This document shows, piece by piece, positions 28,045-37,056 of a stretch of DNA of 64,000 bases (positions are counted from its first letter, which is position 1; each line of letters begins with the position of its first letter). Source of the DNA: Dethiobacter sp. (GTDB lineage: Bacteria > Bacillota > Dethiobacteria > Dethiobacterales > Dethiobacteraceae); assembly GCA_018333635.1 (NCBI GenBank), contig JAGXTL010000029.1:3322-67321 (forward strand), in the 5' to 3' direction. A program made the position numbers and the translations under genes. The notes under the pieces are model-generated. The model worked only from the letters and a program-made list of their open reading frames with translations. It searched no databases and was not told the origin of the DNA.

Positions 28045-28553
28045 AAAAAATAGAGAAAGACACCACTTTTTGGGTGACGGCAGGCATATTGCTTCTATTT
28101 TGGATTTTAATCACCGGGCGTCTGCACTGGCAGCATCTGCTCGTCGGTGCCATCTGCTCTTACGGGATCGCCGCTTTTAACAATGATTTATTGCTGAGGC
28201 CTGCAGAGCGCCCTTTGTACCACAAAAAAACGCTCTGGAAATGGATTGTCTATTTCTATATTCTGGTGGTGGCCATTTTTAAGTCCAACTGGGATGTCGC
28301 TAAAATTGTTTTGAGGCCAAAAATGGACATTTCGCCGGGATTTATAAAATATAGGGCAAGGGTGAAGAAACCGCTTAACAGGGTAATTTTGGCCAACTCC
28401 ATCACCTTAACCCCGGGAACTTTGACGGTGGAAATGGAAGGCGACATTTATGTCGTTCATGCTATTACCCGGGGCAATGCGGAGGACGTCTCTGAATGGG
28501 ATATGATTGACAGGTTGGTTGAAATCGAGGAGGCAGAACTAAATGGGGCTTGA
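28041..28553 (+). CDS. mnhE: Mrp/Mnh cation:proton antiporter subunit E (MbhA-like)
   Basis: 170 aa with two N-terminal TM helices and an MnhE-like core. GTG start overlaps the moaC stop (GTGA). Confidence 0.8.
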   Translation: MKKIEKDTTFWVTAGILLLFWILITGRLHWQHLLVGAICSYGIAAFNNDLLLRPAERPLYHKKTLWKWIVYFYILVVAIFKSNWDVAKIVLRPKMDISPGFIKYRARVKKPLNRVILANSITLTPGTLTVEMEGDIYVVHAITRGNAEDVSEWDMIDRLVEIEEAELNGA

Positions 28554-28827
28554 ATTTACCTTTCTTGAGAATATCTTTATCGCAACAGGCATAATTCTCA
28601 TCCTTGCCACCTTTTTTTGCCTCTATCGTGCTGTCGTTGGTCCAAGCGAAGCTGACCGCGTGGTGGCTATTAATATTATCGGCACTAAAACGGTAGTGAT
28701 TATTTCGCTGATAGCCTTTGTCTTAAAACAGGAGTTTTTTTTGGATGTAGCCTTGGTTTATGCCCTGATTAGCTTCGTAGCCACCATCGGGATCGCAAAA
28801 TACATGGAGAAAGGTGCCTTGGAGTAA
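28543..28827 (+). CDS. mnhF: Mrp/Mnh subunit F (MbhB-like)
   Basis: 94 aa, 3 TM helices, overlaps the subunit E end. Confidence 0.75.
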   Translation: MGLEFTFLENIFIATGIILILATFFCLYRAVVGPSEADRVVAINIIGTKTVVIISLIAFVLKQEFFLDVALVYALISFVATIGIAKYMEKGALE

Positions 28828-28840
28828 GGGGAGGATTGCC

Positions 28841-29185
28841 ATGAACGTTATGACTAGCGTGCTTATTATTGCTGCTCTCGCCGCCGGCCTGTTTTTCTTT
28901 CTTGTTGGGGTGGTAGGCCTACTGAGATTGCCTGACGTATATTCCCGCATGCATGCCACAACAAAATGTGATACGCTGGGAGCGGGCTTGATTTTGTTTG
29001 CTCTTATTTTATACGCCGGTTTTTCCAACGCCAGCGTGAAGCTATTGTTGATGATTCTTTTCATTTGGATTACAAACCCCACAGCAGCCCATGTAATTGC
29101 TCGTGCCTCCTATAGAAATAAAGTCCGTGTCTGTGAAGGCACCTACGAACTGGACAAGACCGGGGAGGCGCAGTGCAATGATTGA
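28841..29185 (+). CDS. mnhG: Mrp/Mnh subunit G (MbhC-like)
   Basis: Start trimmed to ATG 28841 after AAGGGGAGG. GLLRLPDVYSRMHATTK and NPTAAHVIARA motifs. Confidence 0.85.
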   Translation: MNVMTSVLIIAALAAGLFFFLVGVVGLLRLPDVYSRMHATTKCDTLGAGLILFALILYAGFSNASVKLLLMILFIWITNPTAAHVIARASYRNKVRVCEGTYELDKTGEAQCND

Positions 29186-29417
29186 TGTGCTAAAATACTT
29201 GATTCTTTTTTTTCTGGTTTTTTGTGCCGTCTTTGTGGCAAGGACAAAGGACATGCTGTCGGCGGTTATTATTTTTGCTGCCTATAGCTTGATGATGGCG
29301 ATACTCTGGTTGCTCTTGGCGGCACCGGACATTGCCATCACGGAAGCTGCTATCGGTGCCGGCGTAACGACTCTGCTGCTGGTGGCGGCCGTTAGCAAGA
29401 CGAGGAGGGAAGAGTAG
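29178..29417 (+). CDS. DUF4040 / MnhB N-terminal-like small membrane subunit (MbhD-like)
   Basis: Start trimmed to ATG 29178 (overlaps the mnhG stop). 79 aa, 3 TM helices, APDIAITEAAIGAG motif. Confidence 0.7.
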   Translation: MIDVLKYLILFFLVFCAVFVARTKDMLSAVIIFAAYSLMMAILWLLLAAPDIAITEAAIGAGVTTLLLVAAVSKTRREE

Positions 29418-29687
29418 ATGAGAAAGCTGTTGGTGCTTTTTTTTCTTGCTGTGATCATGGTGGTGATGGTGGCAACTGTGGTTGAAATGCCCACAATCGG
29501 GGATCCCGCCAATGTGACGAATAACGAAGTACCCCGCCGTTATGTTGAGGATAGCCTCAGGGAAACGGGAGCACTAAACGTTATCGCCAGCATTCTAACT
29601 GATTACCGCGCCTTTGACACACTGGGTGAGGCTACCGTGCTTTTTGTGGCTATTGCCGCAGTGCTGTCCAACCTGAAAGCACATTGA
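29418..29687 (+). CDS. Mrp/Mbh small membrane subunit (MbhE-like)
   Basis: 89 aa. N-terminal TM helix, TDYRAFDTLGEATVLF motif typical of MnhB-related pieces. Confidence 0.65.
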   Translation: MRKLLVLFFLAVIMVVMVATVVEMPTIGDPANVTNNEVPRRYVEDSLRETGALNVIASILTDYRAFDTLGEATVLFVAIAAVLSNLKAH

Positions 29688-29700
29688 CACTGCGAGCGAG

Positions 29701-30150
29701 GTGAACGATTTGGAAGATATTATAGTCCGCTATGTAAGCCGCTTTATTTTGCCTTTTGTCCAACTTTACGGTCTGTATATTGTGCTGCACGGGCACCTTT
29801 CTCCAGGGGGCGGCTTCTCTGGCGGGGCCATTATCGGTGCTAGTATGATCCTTTATGCCCTGTCCTTCAACTTGGCAGAGGGGTCAAAAAAGTTATCCCA
29901 CGATGTTTCTTCTATCCTGGAAAGTACCGGTGCGCTGATTTTTGCCGGGATGGGTCTAATCTCTATCTTACTTGGCGCAAACTTTTTGGCCAACGGAGCC
30001 GCCGGTTTTCCTCTGGGCACGCCGGGAAATCTTTTCAGCGGCGGCTCCATTGCCATAATCACTTTCGGCGTGGGTATTAAGGTGGCTAGCACTATGGCTA
30101 CACTGTTTTACAGTCTGATTGAGGAGGAGCATAGCCATGAGCATCACTGA
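29701..30150 (+). CDS. mnhB: Mrp/Mnh subunit B (MbhF-like)
   Basis: HGHLSPGGGFSGGAI motif. 149 aa, GTG start. Confidence 0.8.
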   Translation: MNDLEDIIVRYVSRFILPFVQLYGLYIVLHGHLSPGGGFSGGAIIGASMILYALSFNLAEGSKKLSHDVSSILESTGALIFAGMGLISILLGANFLANGAAGFPLGTPGNLFSGGSIAIITFGVGIKVASTMATLFYSLIEEEHSHEHH

Positions 30151-30520
30151 AATTGTGCTGCGGCTGCATGCCAACAGCTATTACTTTTTTGCCATTCTCC
30201 TCTTCATTATCGGCTTTCATACCATGCTGACCCATAATAATTTAATCAAAAAGGTGATCGGTATGAACATTATGGATATGGCCATCTTTCTCTTTTTTGT
30301 TGCTATCGGCTATGTCCGCGGCGGCCGTTCCCCGATTCTCGAGCCGGGTGTGAACCACGCTTTTATCAACCCGCTCCCTTCTGCCCTCATTCTGACCGGA
30401 ATCGTGGTAGCCGTCAGTGTGACGGCATACGCCCTGAGCCTAATTATAAAATTGTACAAGCATTATGGAACTATTGATGCGGAAGAAATTATGCGCATCC
30501 GGGGAGGCGGCTCCCTGTGA
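30137..30520 (+). CDS. mnhC: Mrp/Mnh subunit C (NuoK/MbhG-like)
   Basis: Start trimmed to ATG 30137. 3 TM helices and a NuoK-like sequence. Confidence 0.8.
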   Translation: MSITEIVLRLHANSYYFFAILLFIIGFHTMLTHNNLIKKVIGMNIMDMAIFLFFVAIGYVRGGRSPILEPGVNHAFINPLPSALILTGIVVAVSVTAYALSLIIKLYKHYGTIDAEEIMRIRGGGSL

Positions 30521-32004
30521 ATTTCAGCCAACACTTACCTGCGTTAATTGTGGTAGTTCCGCTTCTTTTTGCATTTGTCATGCCTTTGCTGGCTCGCTGG
30601 CGCAAGCAGTGGTGTGTGCCGGTCACCTTGGGTGCAATTATTTTTTCTTTTGCTGCCGCGCTGCAGATGGCGTTCCAGGTGATGAGCACCGGCCCTTTTT
30701 CCTACTATATGGGAGATTGGCCGCCGCCCTGGGGCATTGAGCTTGGCATTGATTATCTGGCAGCGTTCGCCGCACTCACCATTAACGGCGTGGGATTGTT
30801 GATTATTTGGTTCGGTAGCAAAGACTTGCTGCATGAGCTTAAACCTGAAGTATTAGGCTGGTACTACACGCTCTACCTGCTCTTGATGGCATCGATGGTA
30901 GGCATTGTGATCACAAACGACATCTTTAACATGTTCGTATTTCTTGAAATCTGTGCTATAGCTTCCTGTGGGATAATATCAATTAAGGAAAGCAGGGACT
31001 GCATAGAAGCGGCTTTCAAGTATTTGGTATTATCTGTACTCGGCTCCGGTGCTTTCCTGCTGGCTGTCGCCCTGCTCTATATGGTAACCGGGCACTTAAA
31101 TTTTACCTTTATGGCAGAAGCTCTGCCGGAAGCCATGGTTCTCTATCCCAATAACCTGCTGGTGGCAATGGGGCTGCTAGTTGTTGGGCTTGGCGTGAAG
31201 GCGGCACTGTTTCCGTTGCACGTTTGGTTGCCCGATGCCCATTCCTCTGCGCCCTCTCCCTCTTCCGCAGTGCTCTCCGCCCTGGTGATCAAAGTATATG
31301 CCGTGGCTATGATCAGGCTGCTTTATCTCGTTTTCCCGCGAGAGCTGCTCGGAATTGCCCCAGTCATGGAGATGATCCTCTGGATGTCGACTTTGGCCAT
31401 TATTATCGGCTCAATGTTCGCCATTGTGCAAGACGATATTAAAAAAATGCTCGCCTACTCGAGTATCGCGCAAATCGGTTATGTCTTCTTAGGTGTGGGG
31501 CTGATGAGTGAGTCGGCGCTGGTCGGCGGCATCTTGCATATTTTCAACCATGCAACGATGAAATCAATGCTCTTCTTGGCTGCAGGCGCCTTTATTTACG
31601 GCACGGGAGCGCGGAAACTTAGTGAGCTGAAAGGAATCGGACACACTATGCCTATCCCGACGATCGCTTTCTGTATCGGCGCGTTTTCAATGGTGGGAAT
31701 CCCGATTACCAGCGGATTTATTTCTAAATGGTATTTAGCCTTAGGTGCTCTTGATGTGGGGCGGCCTTTTTTTACGGCAGTGATTCTAATCAGCAGTCTG
31801 CTAAACGGCATCTATTATTTGCCGATTGTGGTTAATGCTTTCTTCTCCAAACCGGAAGAAGCTGTTCCGGCGCCCAAACAGCTGCCGAGAGAGATGCTGG
31901 TGCCGCTTGCACTCCTGAGCTTCGGCGTGATTTTGTTTGGTGTTTATCCGTCCCTTATTTTGGGGATTGTTTACAGAGCGGCTCAGCTACTGCTGGGATT
32001 ATAA
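30517..32004 (+). CDS. Antiporter-like subunit 1 (MrpD/NuoN/MbhH family)
   Basis: 495 aa, about 14 TM helices. Contains PLHVWLPDAHSSAPSPSSA, the hallmark of proton-conducting membrane transporters. GTGA overlap with mnhC. Confidence 0.85.
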   Translation: MNFSQHLPALIVVVPLLFAFVMPLLARWRKQWCVPVTLGAIIFSFAAALQMAFQVMSTGPFSYYMGDWPPPWGIELGIDYLAAFAALTINGVGLLIIWFGSKDLLHELKPEVLGWYYTLYLLLMASMVGIVITNDIFNMFVFLEICAIASCGIISIKESRDCIEAAFKYLVLSVLGSGAFLLAVALLYMVTGHLNFTFMAEALPEAMVLYPNNLLVAMGLLVVGLGVKAALFPLHVWLPDAHSSAPSPSSAVLSALVIKVYAVAMIRLLYLVFPRELLGIAPVMEMILWMSTLAIIIGSMFAIVQDDIKKMLAYSSIAQIGYVFLGVGLMSESALVGGILHIFNHATMKSMLFLAAGAFIYGTGARKLSELKGIGHTMPIPTIAFCIGAFSMVGIPITSGFISKWYLALGALDVGRPFFTAVILISSLLNGIYYLPIVVNAFFSKPEEAVPAPKQLPREMLVPLALLSFGVILFGVYPSLILGIVYRAAQLLLGL

Positions 32005-32068
32005 TAAAGCTGGTTATTGTTTTAAATATTTTAGGGAGAGCTTTATTTAAAGAAGGGGAGATGAGGAA

Positions 32069-33562
32069 ATGCAGTTTTTAGGTTCATTTCTACCTGTTTG
32101 GATTGTGATGTTCCCGATGGTCATGACTGTAGTGATTTATTATGTGGAGCAGCGCTCCGAGAAAATGCGTAATGCGCTGGCCGTAGCCACCTCTGTAGTT
32201 ACGTTTCTTTCGGTTCTGGCGCTGTATCCGGGAGTTATGGCGGGTAAGATTATTGAGTTCGAGTTGTTTCAGATACTGCCCAACTTGGCTGTTTCTTTCA
32301 GAGTGGATATCCTGAGTTTTTCTTTGGCTTTGCTCTCATCATTTATCTGGATGTTGGTAGCGATTTACTCTATTGACTATATGTGCAAGGAGCATGGCTG
32401 CAATCGTTATTATCCGGTGCTGATTATTACCCTGGCCAGCTGTATGGGCATTTTTATGGCGGGAGACCTTTTTACGCTTTTTGTTTTTTTTGAAATGATG
32501 TCACTGATTTCCTATGTACTGGTCGTCCATGAGGAAACGATTGAGGCGCTCCGTGCCGGTTACAAGTATCTGATTATGACGATCATCGGCGGACTGGCTC
32601 TATTCTTTGGAATCATTATTACTTTTGAACTGGGTGGCTCAGTCTCGTTAAGCAATCCCGTGCCTCTGATCAGCGAACCATCAACCCTGGCATTTTTCGC
32701 TTTTATTTCCTTCCTGATCGGTTTTGGCATGAAGGCCGGGATGTTCCCGCTGCACGTCTGGCTGCCGGATGCCCATCCTGTGGCACCGTCTCCCGCCAGT
32801 GCGCTGCTTTCAGGAATCATGTTAAAAACAGGCGCATACGGTTTGCTGCGGGTCATCTTCCACGTCTACGGGATAGAATTTATGCAGGAAACCGGTTGGA
32901 CGGTGATTCTCGCCGTGGTGGCCGTAATTACCATTCTCTTAGGCTCCGCCGTCGCCATTACCCAAGACAACCTGAAGCGTCGTTTGGCATACTCTAGTGT
33001 CGGCCAGATGGGCTACATTCTGCTTGGGATCTCCATTCTTAACGAGCGCGCTCTGATGGGGAACATTTTTCACATCTTCAGCCACGCATTTATGAAGAGC
33101 ACCCTCTTTTTGGCGGCTGGGGCAATAATCCTAAAGACAGGCAAGAAGAACATTAAAGATTTAGGCGGCATCGGCCGCCAGATGCCTTTTACCATGTTTG
33201 CCTTTACGCTGGCAGCCCTGTCGATGATTGGTATTCCGCCATTTAATGGTTTTTTAAGTAAGTGGACACTTTCGCTTGGGGCGATGGATGCCGGTGTTCC
33301 TTTTTATGTGCTGATTCTTTTGATTAGCAGTTTATTAAACGGACTTTATTACCTGCCGATCATTATCGCAGCTTTCTTTGGTGAAGAGCAAGGAGAAGGC
33401 CACAAGCATGAATTTGTAAAAATTAACGAGGCCCCCTATAAGATGTTGATACCGATCGCTATCTTGGCGGTTAGCTGCCTTCTTTTTGGGCTGCTCCCCT
33501 CCAACCTGCCTTTTGACTTGTCCCGGGTGGCCGCAGAATATTTGCTTAGGGGAGGATTCTAG
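32069..33562 (+). CDS. Antiporter-like subunit 2 (MrpD/NuoM family)
   Basis: 497 aa. Contains PLHVWLPDAHPVAPSPASA. Confidence 0.85.
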   Translation: MQFLGSFLPVWIVMFPMVMTVVIYYVEQRSEKMRNALAVATSVVTFLSVLALYPGVMAGKIIEFELFQILPNLAVSFRVDILSFSLALLSSFIWMLVAIYSIDYMCKEHGCNRYYPVLIITLASCMGIFMAGDLFTLFVFFEMMSLISYVLVVHEETIEALRAGYKYLIMTIIGGLALFFGIIITFELGGSVSLSNPVPLISEPSTLAFFAFISFLIGFGMKAGMFPLHVWLPDAHPVAPSPASALLSGIMLKTGAYGLLRVIFHVYGIEFMQETGWTVILAVVAVITILLGSAVAITQDNLKRRLAYSSVGQMGYILLGISILNERALMGNIFHIFSHAFMKSTLFLAAGAIILKTGKKNIKDLGGIGRQMPFTMFAFTLAALSMIGIPPFNGFLSKWTLSLGAMDAGVPFYVLILLISSLLNGLYYLPIIIAAFFGEEQGEGHKHEFVKINEAPYKMLIPIAILAVSCLLFGLLPSNLPFDLSRVAAEYLLRGGF

Positions 33563-33567
33563 TCAAC

Positions 33568-35877
33568 ATGATCTTCACATCCTTTTTGCCGGTGGCGGCC
33601 ATCTTAGTCCCTTGGTTGGGTGCGCTGGCGGTCTTTCTGGCAGGATATCTCTCGGAGAAACTGCGCAATCTGCTGGCGGTGCTGGTGGCCTTGGCTACAT
33701 GCGGCATTGTCCTCTCGCTCTATCCTTACGTCCAGGCAGGCACAGCCGTCTATCGCTTCGCCGATTTGATGAGCTTCGGTCTCTATTTCCGTGTGGACTT
33801 CCTCAGCTTTGTTTTTGCGGCGCTGTTTTCGCTCAGTTGGCTTTTTGCCACAATCTATGCCACCGTCTACATGAAAAAAGAGCATGCGCAGAACAGGTTT
33901 TATTTGTTTCTTCTTTTAACTTTCGCACATTGCCTAGGCGTAGTTTTGGCCGGGGATTTATTTAGTCTTTTCCTTTTCTTTGAGTTGATGACCTTTTCAT
34001 CTTACGTGCTGGTTATTCATCGTCAAACACCGGGAGCGATCCGCGCCGGCAACATCGCCATCTATATGGGTGTCGCCGGAGGGCTGGCGCTTCTGATGGG
34101 TATTTTTATTATTTTCGCAGGGGTAGGTTCGTTGGATCTAGTGCCCATGCTGGAGAGAATTCTGGCGGCCGGGATTAATCCGCTGCTTGTTATTCCACTG
34201 TTTATGGTGGGGTTTGGCATCAAAATGGGGATGGCGCCGCTGCATATTTGGATGCCGAGAGCCTATGAAGAAGGCCCGTCACCGATAAACGCCATCTCGT
34301 CGGCAGCGATGCTGAAAGCCGGTGCCTATGGGATGATTCGGATCATGGGCATGGTTTTCACCCCGGCAAATCCGTCAGTTATGCCGGCTGGGGCGGAAGT
34401 GATAAAACATATTGGACTGGCTGTCATTTGGTTTGGGATTTTTACCATGGTTATGGGGGCAGCCTTGGCAATTTTGCAGCATAACGCCAAGCGAATCCTC
34501 GCCTATAGCAGTGTCAGCCAGATGGGCTATATTCTGATGTGTATCGGCGTGGCTGCTTTTCTCGGCTTTGAGAAAGGAGCGATCGGCTTTTCCGGAGCGA
34601 TGTATCATATTATTAATCACTCCGTTTTTAAGGCTGCGCTCTTTATGGTGGTGGGGGCAGTTTACCTGATTACTTTGGATGTGGATATTAGCCGTGTCCG
34701 GGGGATGATGAAAAAGCTTCCTTTCCTGGCGATTGTTTTTTTGATTTCCTATGTTGCTATTGCCGGTGTGCCCGGCGGGAGCGGTTACGCTTCCAAGGCT
34801 ATCATGCACCGAGCCATTGTTTATGCCTATAAATACGGCGGGGAGTTTACCAGTCTGTGGGTGGCAGAGAAGTTTTATGTTTTGGCCAGCGCCATGACGG
34901 TAGTCTATTTTGCCAAGCTTTTCGCTGGAATGTTTTTGGGGAAGATGCGTAAGGAACATGTGAGTTTAAATTTCAGGGTGTCGCCGCTGATTAAGGCAAT
35001 CTTGTTTCTCTACTCAGCGACAATTTTGGCCGTGGGCTTTTTCCCCAACTTCGTCCTCAACCGCATTGTCATTCCGGCCGGAGCAGGCTTTTCCTTCGAT
35101 GCTTATGGTTTCAAGGCTTTAAAGGAAATCAATTTCTTCCTTTGGTATGACTTGCAAGAGCCGCTTTTGGTCTTTGCTTTGGCTGCAGTGATGTATTTGG
35201 TCTTAGACCATAAGCGGATTTTTGACTGGAAGGCGCCGGAGTGGCTCAGTATAGAGTATAGTTTTTTTCTGCCGACGGCTCGCTTTTTCTTTAGAACATG
35301 CTGTAATTTTGGCACAGCCTTTGACACTGCTATTAATAGGACGTATTTACAGTCCGGAAAAATTGCTACGGAAATGTGCAAATATATCACTGTTTTTGAT
35401 TCTTCTGTCAATAAGGTTTATGAAAGCAGCGGAGGAGCTGCGCGCCGTCTTGCGGAGCAGGCAGAAAAGTTTGACGGCGTGATAAATGAGGCCTATGAGA
35501 AATCGGGCGGTGTGGCGCGCAAAATCGCTGACGGAGCGGAACAGTTTGACGGCGTGATAAATGAGGCCTATGAGAAATCGGGCGGCGTCGCTCGAATGAT
35601 CGCTGACGGAGCGGAGCAGTTTGACGGCGTGATAAATGAGGCCTATGAGAAATCGGGACAGATGGCGCGACAGTTGGCTGATAAGACGGCTGAGCTTGAT
35701 AGTTCACTTGGCGAGGTTTATGAACAATCAGGCGAGCATTCCCGCAGTTTGTGGGAGCGGATGCGGGGCAGTCAGTCAGATTGGAATATTAAAAACCTTA
35801 ACTTCGATTCACTTCTGATAGCTTTGACTCTGGGGCTTTTTCTTATTATTCTGCTTTACTACACCCGCTTTAACTAG
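33568..35877 (+). CDS. Antiporter-like subunit 3 (MrpA/NuoL-like) with a repeat-built C-terminal arm and terminal TM anchor
   Basis: 769 aa. Antiporter core with PLHIWMPRAYEEGPSPINA, two extra TM helices, six 25-aa tandem repeats, then a final TM helix (LLIALTLGLFLIILLYY). Confidence 0.8.
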   Translation: MIFTSFLPVAAILVPWLGALAVFLAGYLSEKLRNLLAVLVALATCGIVLSLYPYVQAGTAVYRFADLMSFGLYFRVDFLSFVFAALFSLSWLFATIYATVYMKKEHAQNRFYLFLLLTFAHCLGVVLAGDLFSLFLFFELMTFSSYVLVIHRQTPGAIRAGNIAIYMGVAGGLALLMGIFIIFAGVGSLDLVPMLERILAAGINPLLVIPLFMVGFGIKMGMAPLHIWMPRAYEEGPSPINAISSAAMLKAGAYGMIRIMGMVFTPANPSVMPAGAEVIKHIGLAVIWFGIFTMVMGAALAILQHNAKRILAYSSVSQMGYILMCIGVAAFLGFEKGAIGFSGAMYHIINHSVFKAALFMVVGAVYLITLDVDISRVRGMMKKLPFLAIVFLISYVAIAGVPGGSGYASKAIMHRAIVYAYKYGGEFTSLWVAEKFYVLASAMTVVYFAKLFAGMFLGKMRKEHVSLNFRVSPLIKAILFLYSATILAVGFFPNFVLNRIVIPAGAGFSFDAYGFKALKEINFFLWYDLQEPLLVFALAAVMYLVLDHKRIFDWKAPEWLSIEYSFFLPTARFFFRTCCNFGTAFDTAINRTYLQSGKIATEMCKYITVFDSSVNKVYESSGGAARRLAEQAEKFDGVINEAYEKSGGVARKIADGAEQFDGVINEAYEKSGGVARMIADGAEQFDGVINEAYEKSGQMARQLADKTAELDSSLGEVYEQSGEHSRSLWERMRGSQSDWNIKNLNFDSLLIALTLGLFLIILLYYTRFN
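35320..35769 (+). repeat. Six in-frame tandem 75-nt (25-aa) repeats inside the antiporter-like subunit 3 gene
   Basis: Units start at 35320, 35395, 35470, 35545, 35620 and 35695. Consensus FDxxhNxxYExSGxxARxhAxxxxx. The first 38 nt (TTTGACGGCGTGATAAATGAGGCCTATGAGAAATCGGG) are identical in units 3, 4 and 5. Confidence 0.9.
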
Positions 35878-36012
35878 TATGGAGTGTGAATTGACTCAAT
35901 TGACACAAGCATTTAAGCAAATGGCGCCTGCAGGCGTCATTTGCTGCGCTTATTGCGCACCGGCTTTTTCCGTGATAAACTGAAGCAGACAACTGTATTG
36001 GAGCGATGTAGG

Positions 36013-37056
36013 GTGAAGCTTCCACACTGGCCGCGTCGGCTGATTATTGCGATTGTTGTGGCACAGATTCTGCTTGTTTTGTTTATTGTTAATATGATTA
36101 GATCCGGCGGGCTGTTTGGCGCTCCTCAAAGGCTGGTACGGACAGAGTTTCTCATGAACACTGTGGTGGAAACTGTGATCTATATCGCAGATGCCAAAAC
36201 AGGGCAACAGGCTTTGGCTGACGCCTCATCTGCCGCAGTCAGGCTGGAGGCCATTCTTGACAGGCACCGCGCGGGCTCTGAGTTGACGGCAATTAACGCC
36301 CTTGCCGGTAAAGAGCCGGTAAGCGTTTCTGCCGACACGTTCACAAATATTAGCCTGGCGCTTGAAGTCGGCAGACTTTCAAGCGGCGCCTTTGATTTAA
36401 CTGTGGCGCCTCTGCTTGAGTTATGGGGGTTTGGCACCGGAAATGCAGTCGTACCCTCGGAGCAGGAATTGGCAAAAGTATTGCCGCTTGTCGACTACAG
36501 GAAGGTGCGCTTGACTGATGAAGGTACGCAGGTGTTTCTGGAAAATGAAGGGATGAAGTTGGACCTAGGCGGCATAGCCAAGGGTTTTGTCGTGGACAGG
36601 GCAGTGGAAGTGTTGCGGGCCGCGGGAGTCAGCTCGGGGACTGTGGACGCCGGCGGCGACATTCGTGTTATAGGTTCAAAGCCTGACGGTTCACCTTGGA
36701 GAATTGGCATCCGCCATCCACGGGAGCGGCGGGAGCTGGTGGCGATAGTGGAACTGCGGGACAAGGCTATTGTAACTTCCGGTGATTATGAGCGCTTTTT
36801 TAACGTTGGGGAGCAGCGCTATCACCATCTGCTTGTCCCGCAGACAGGGATGCCTGCCCGGGGGGTAACAAGTGTGACAATTGTGGCGCCTGATGCGTTC
36901 ACAGCCGATGCCTACTCCACCGCCGTCTTTGTCATGGGACGCGAGCGGGGGATGGCTTTGGTGGAGTCGCTGCCGGAGTTGGAAGCGATTATTATTACAG
37001 AAGACGGGCAAATCCATCTTTCTGCCGGACTGGAAGGGCAGGTTGAAATTCTCTAA
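36013..37056 (+). CDS. apbE: FAD:protein FMN transferase (ApbE family)
   Basis: LDLGGIAKGF and TSGDYERF motifs with an N-terminal membrane anchor. The frame is open from 35941. GTG 36013 gives a plausible anchor-first start, but the start is uncertain. Confidence 0.8.
   Translation: MKLPHWPRRLIIAIVVAQILLVLFIVNMIRSGGLFGAPQRLVRTEFLMNTVVETVIYIADAKTGQQALADASSAAVRLEAILDRHRAGSELTAINALAGKEPVSVSADTFTNISLALEVGRLSSGAFDLTVAPLLELWGFGTGNAVVPSEQELAKVLPLVDYRKVRLTDEGTQVFLENEGMKLDLGGIAKGFVVDRAVEVLRAAGVSSGTVDAGGDIRVIGSKPDGSPWRIGIRHPRERRELVAIVELRDKAIVTSGDYERFFNVGEQRYHHLLVPQTGMPARGVTSVTIVAPDAFTADAYSTAVFVMGRERGMALVESLPELEAIIITEDGQIHLSAGLEGQVEIL

Noticed and set aside
35320-35769. Tandem 75-nt repeats as a possible CRISPR or VNTR array
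   Set aside because: The repeats are contiguous with no spacers, in frame and coding inside a large ORF. They are a protein repeat, not a CRISPR array.
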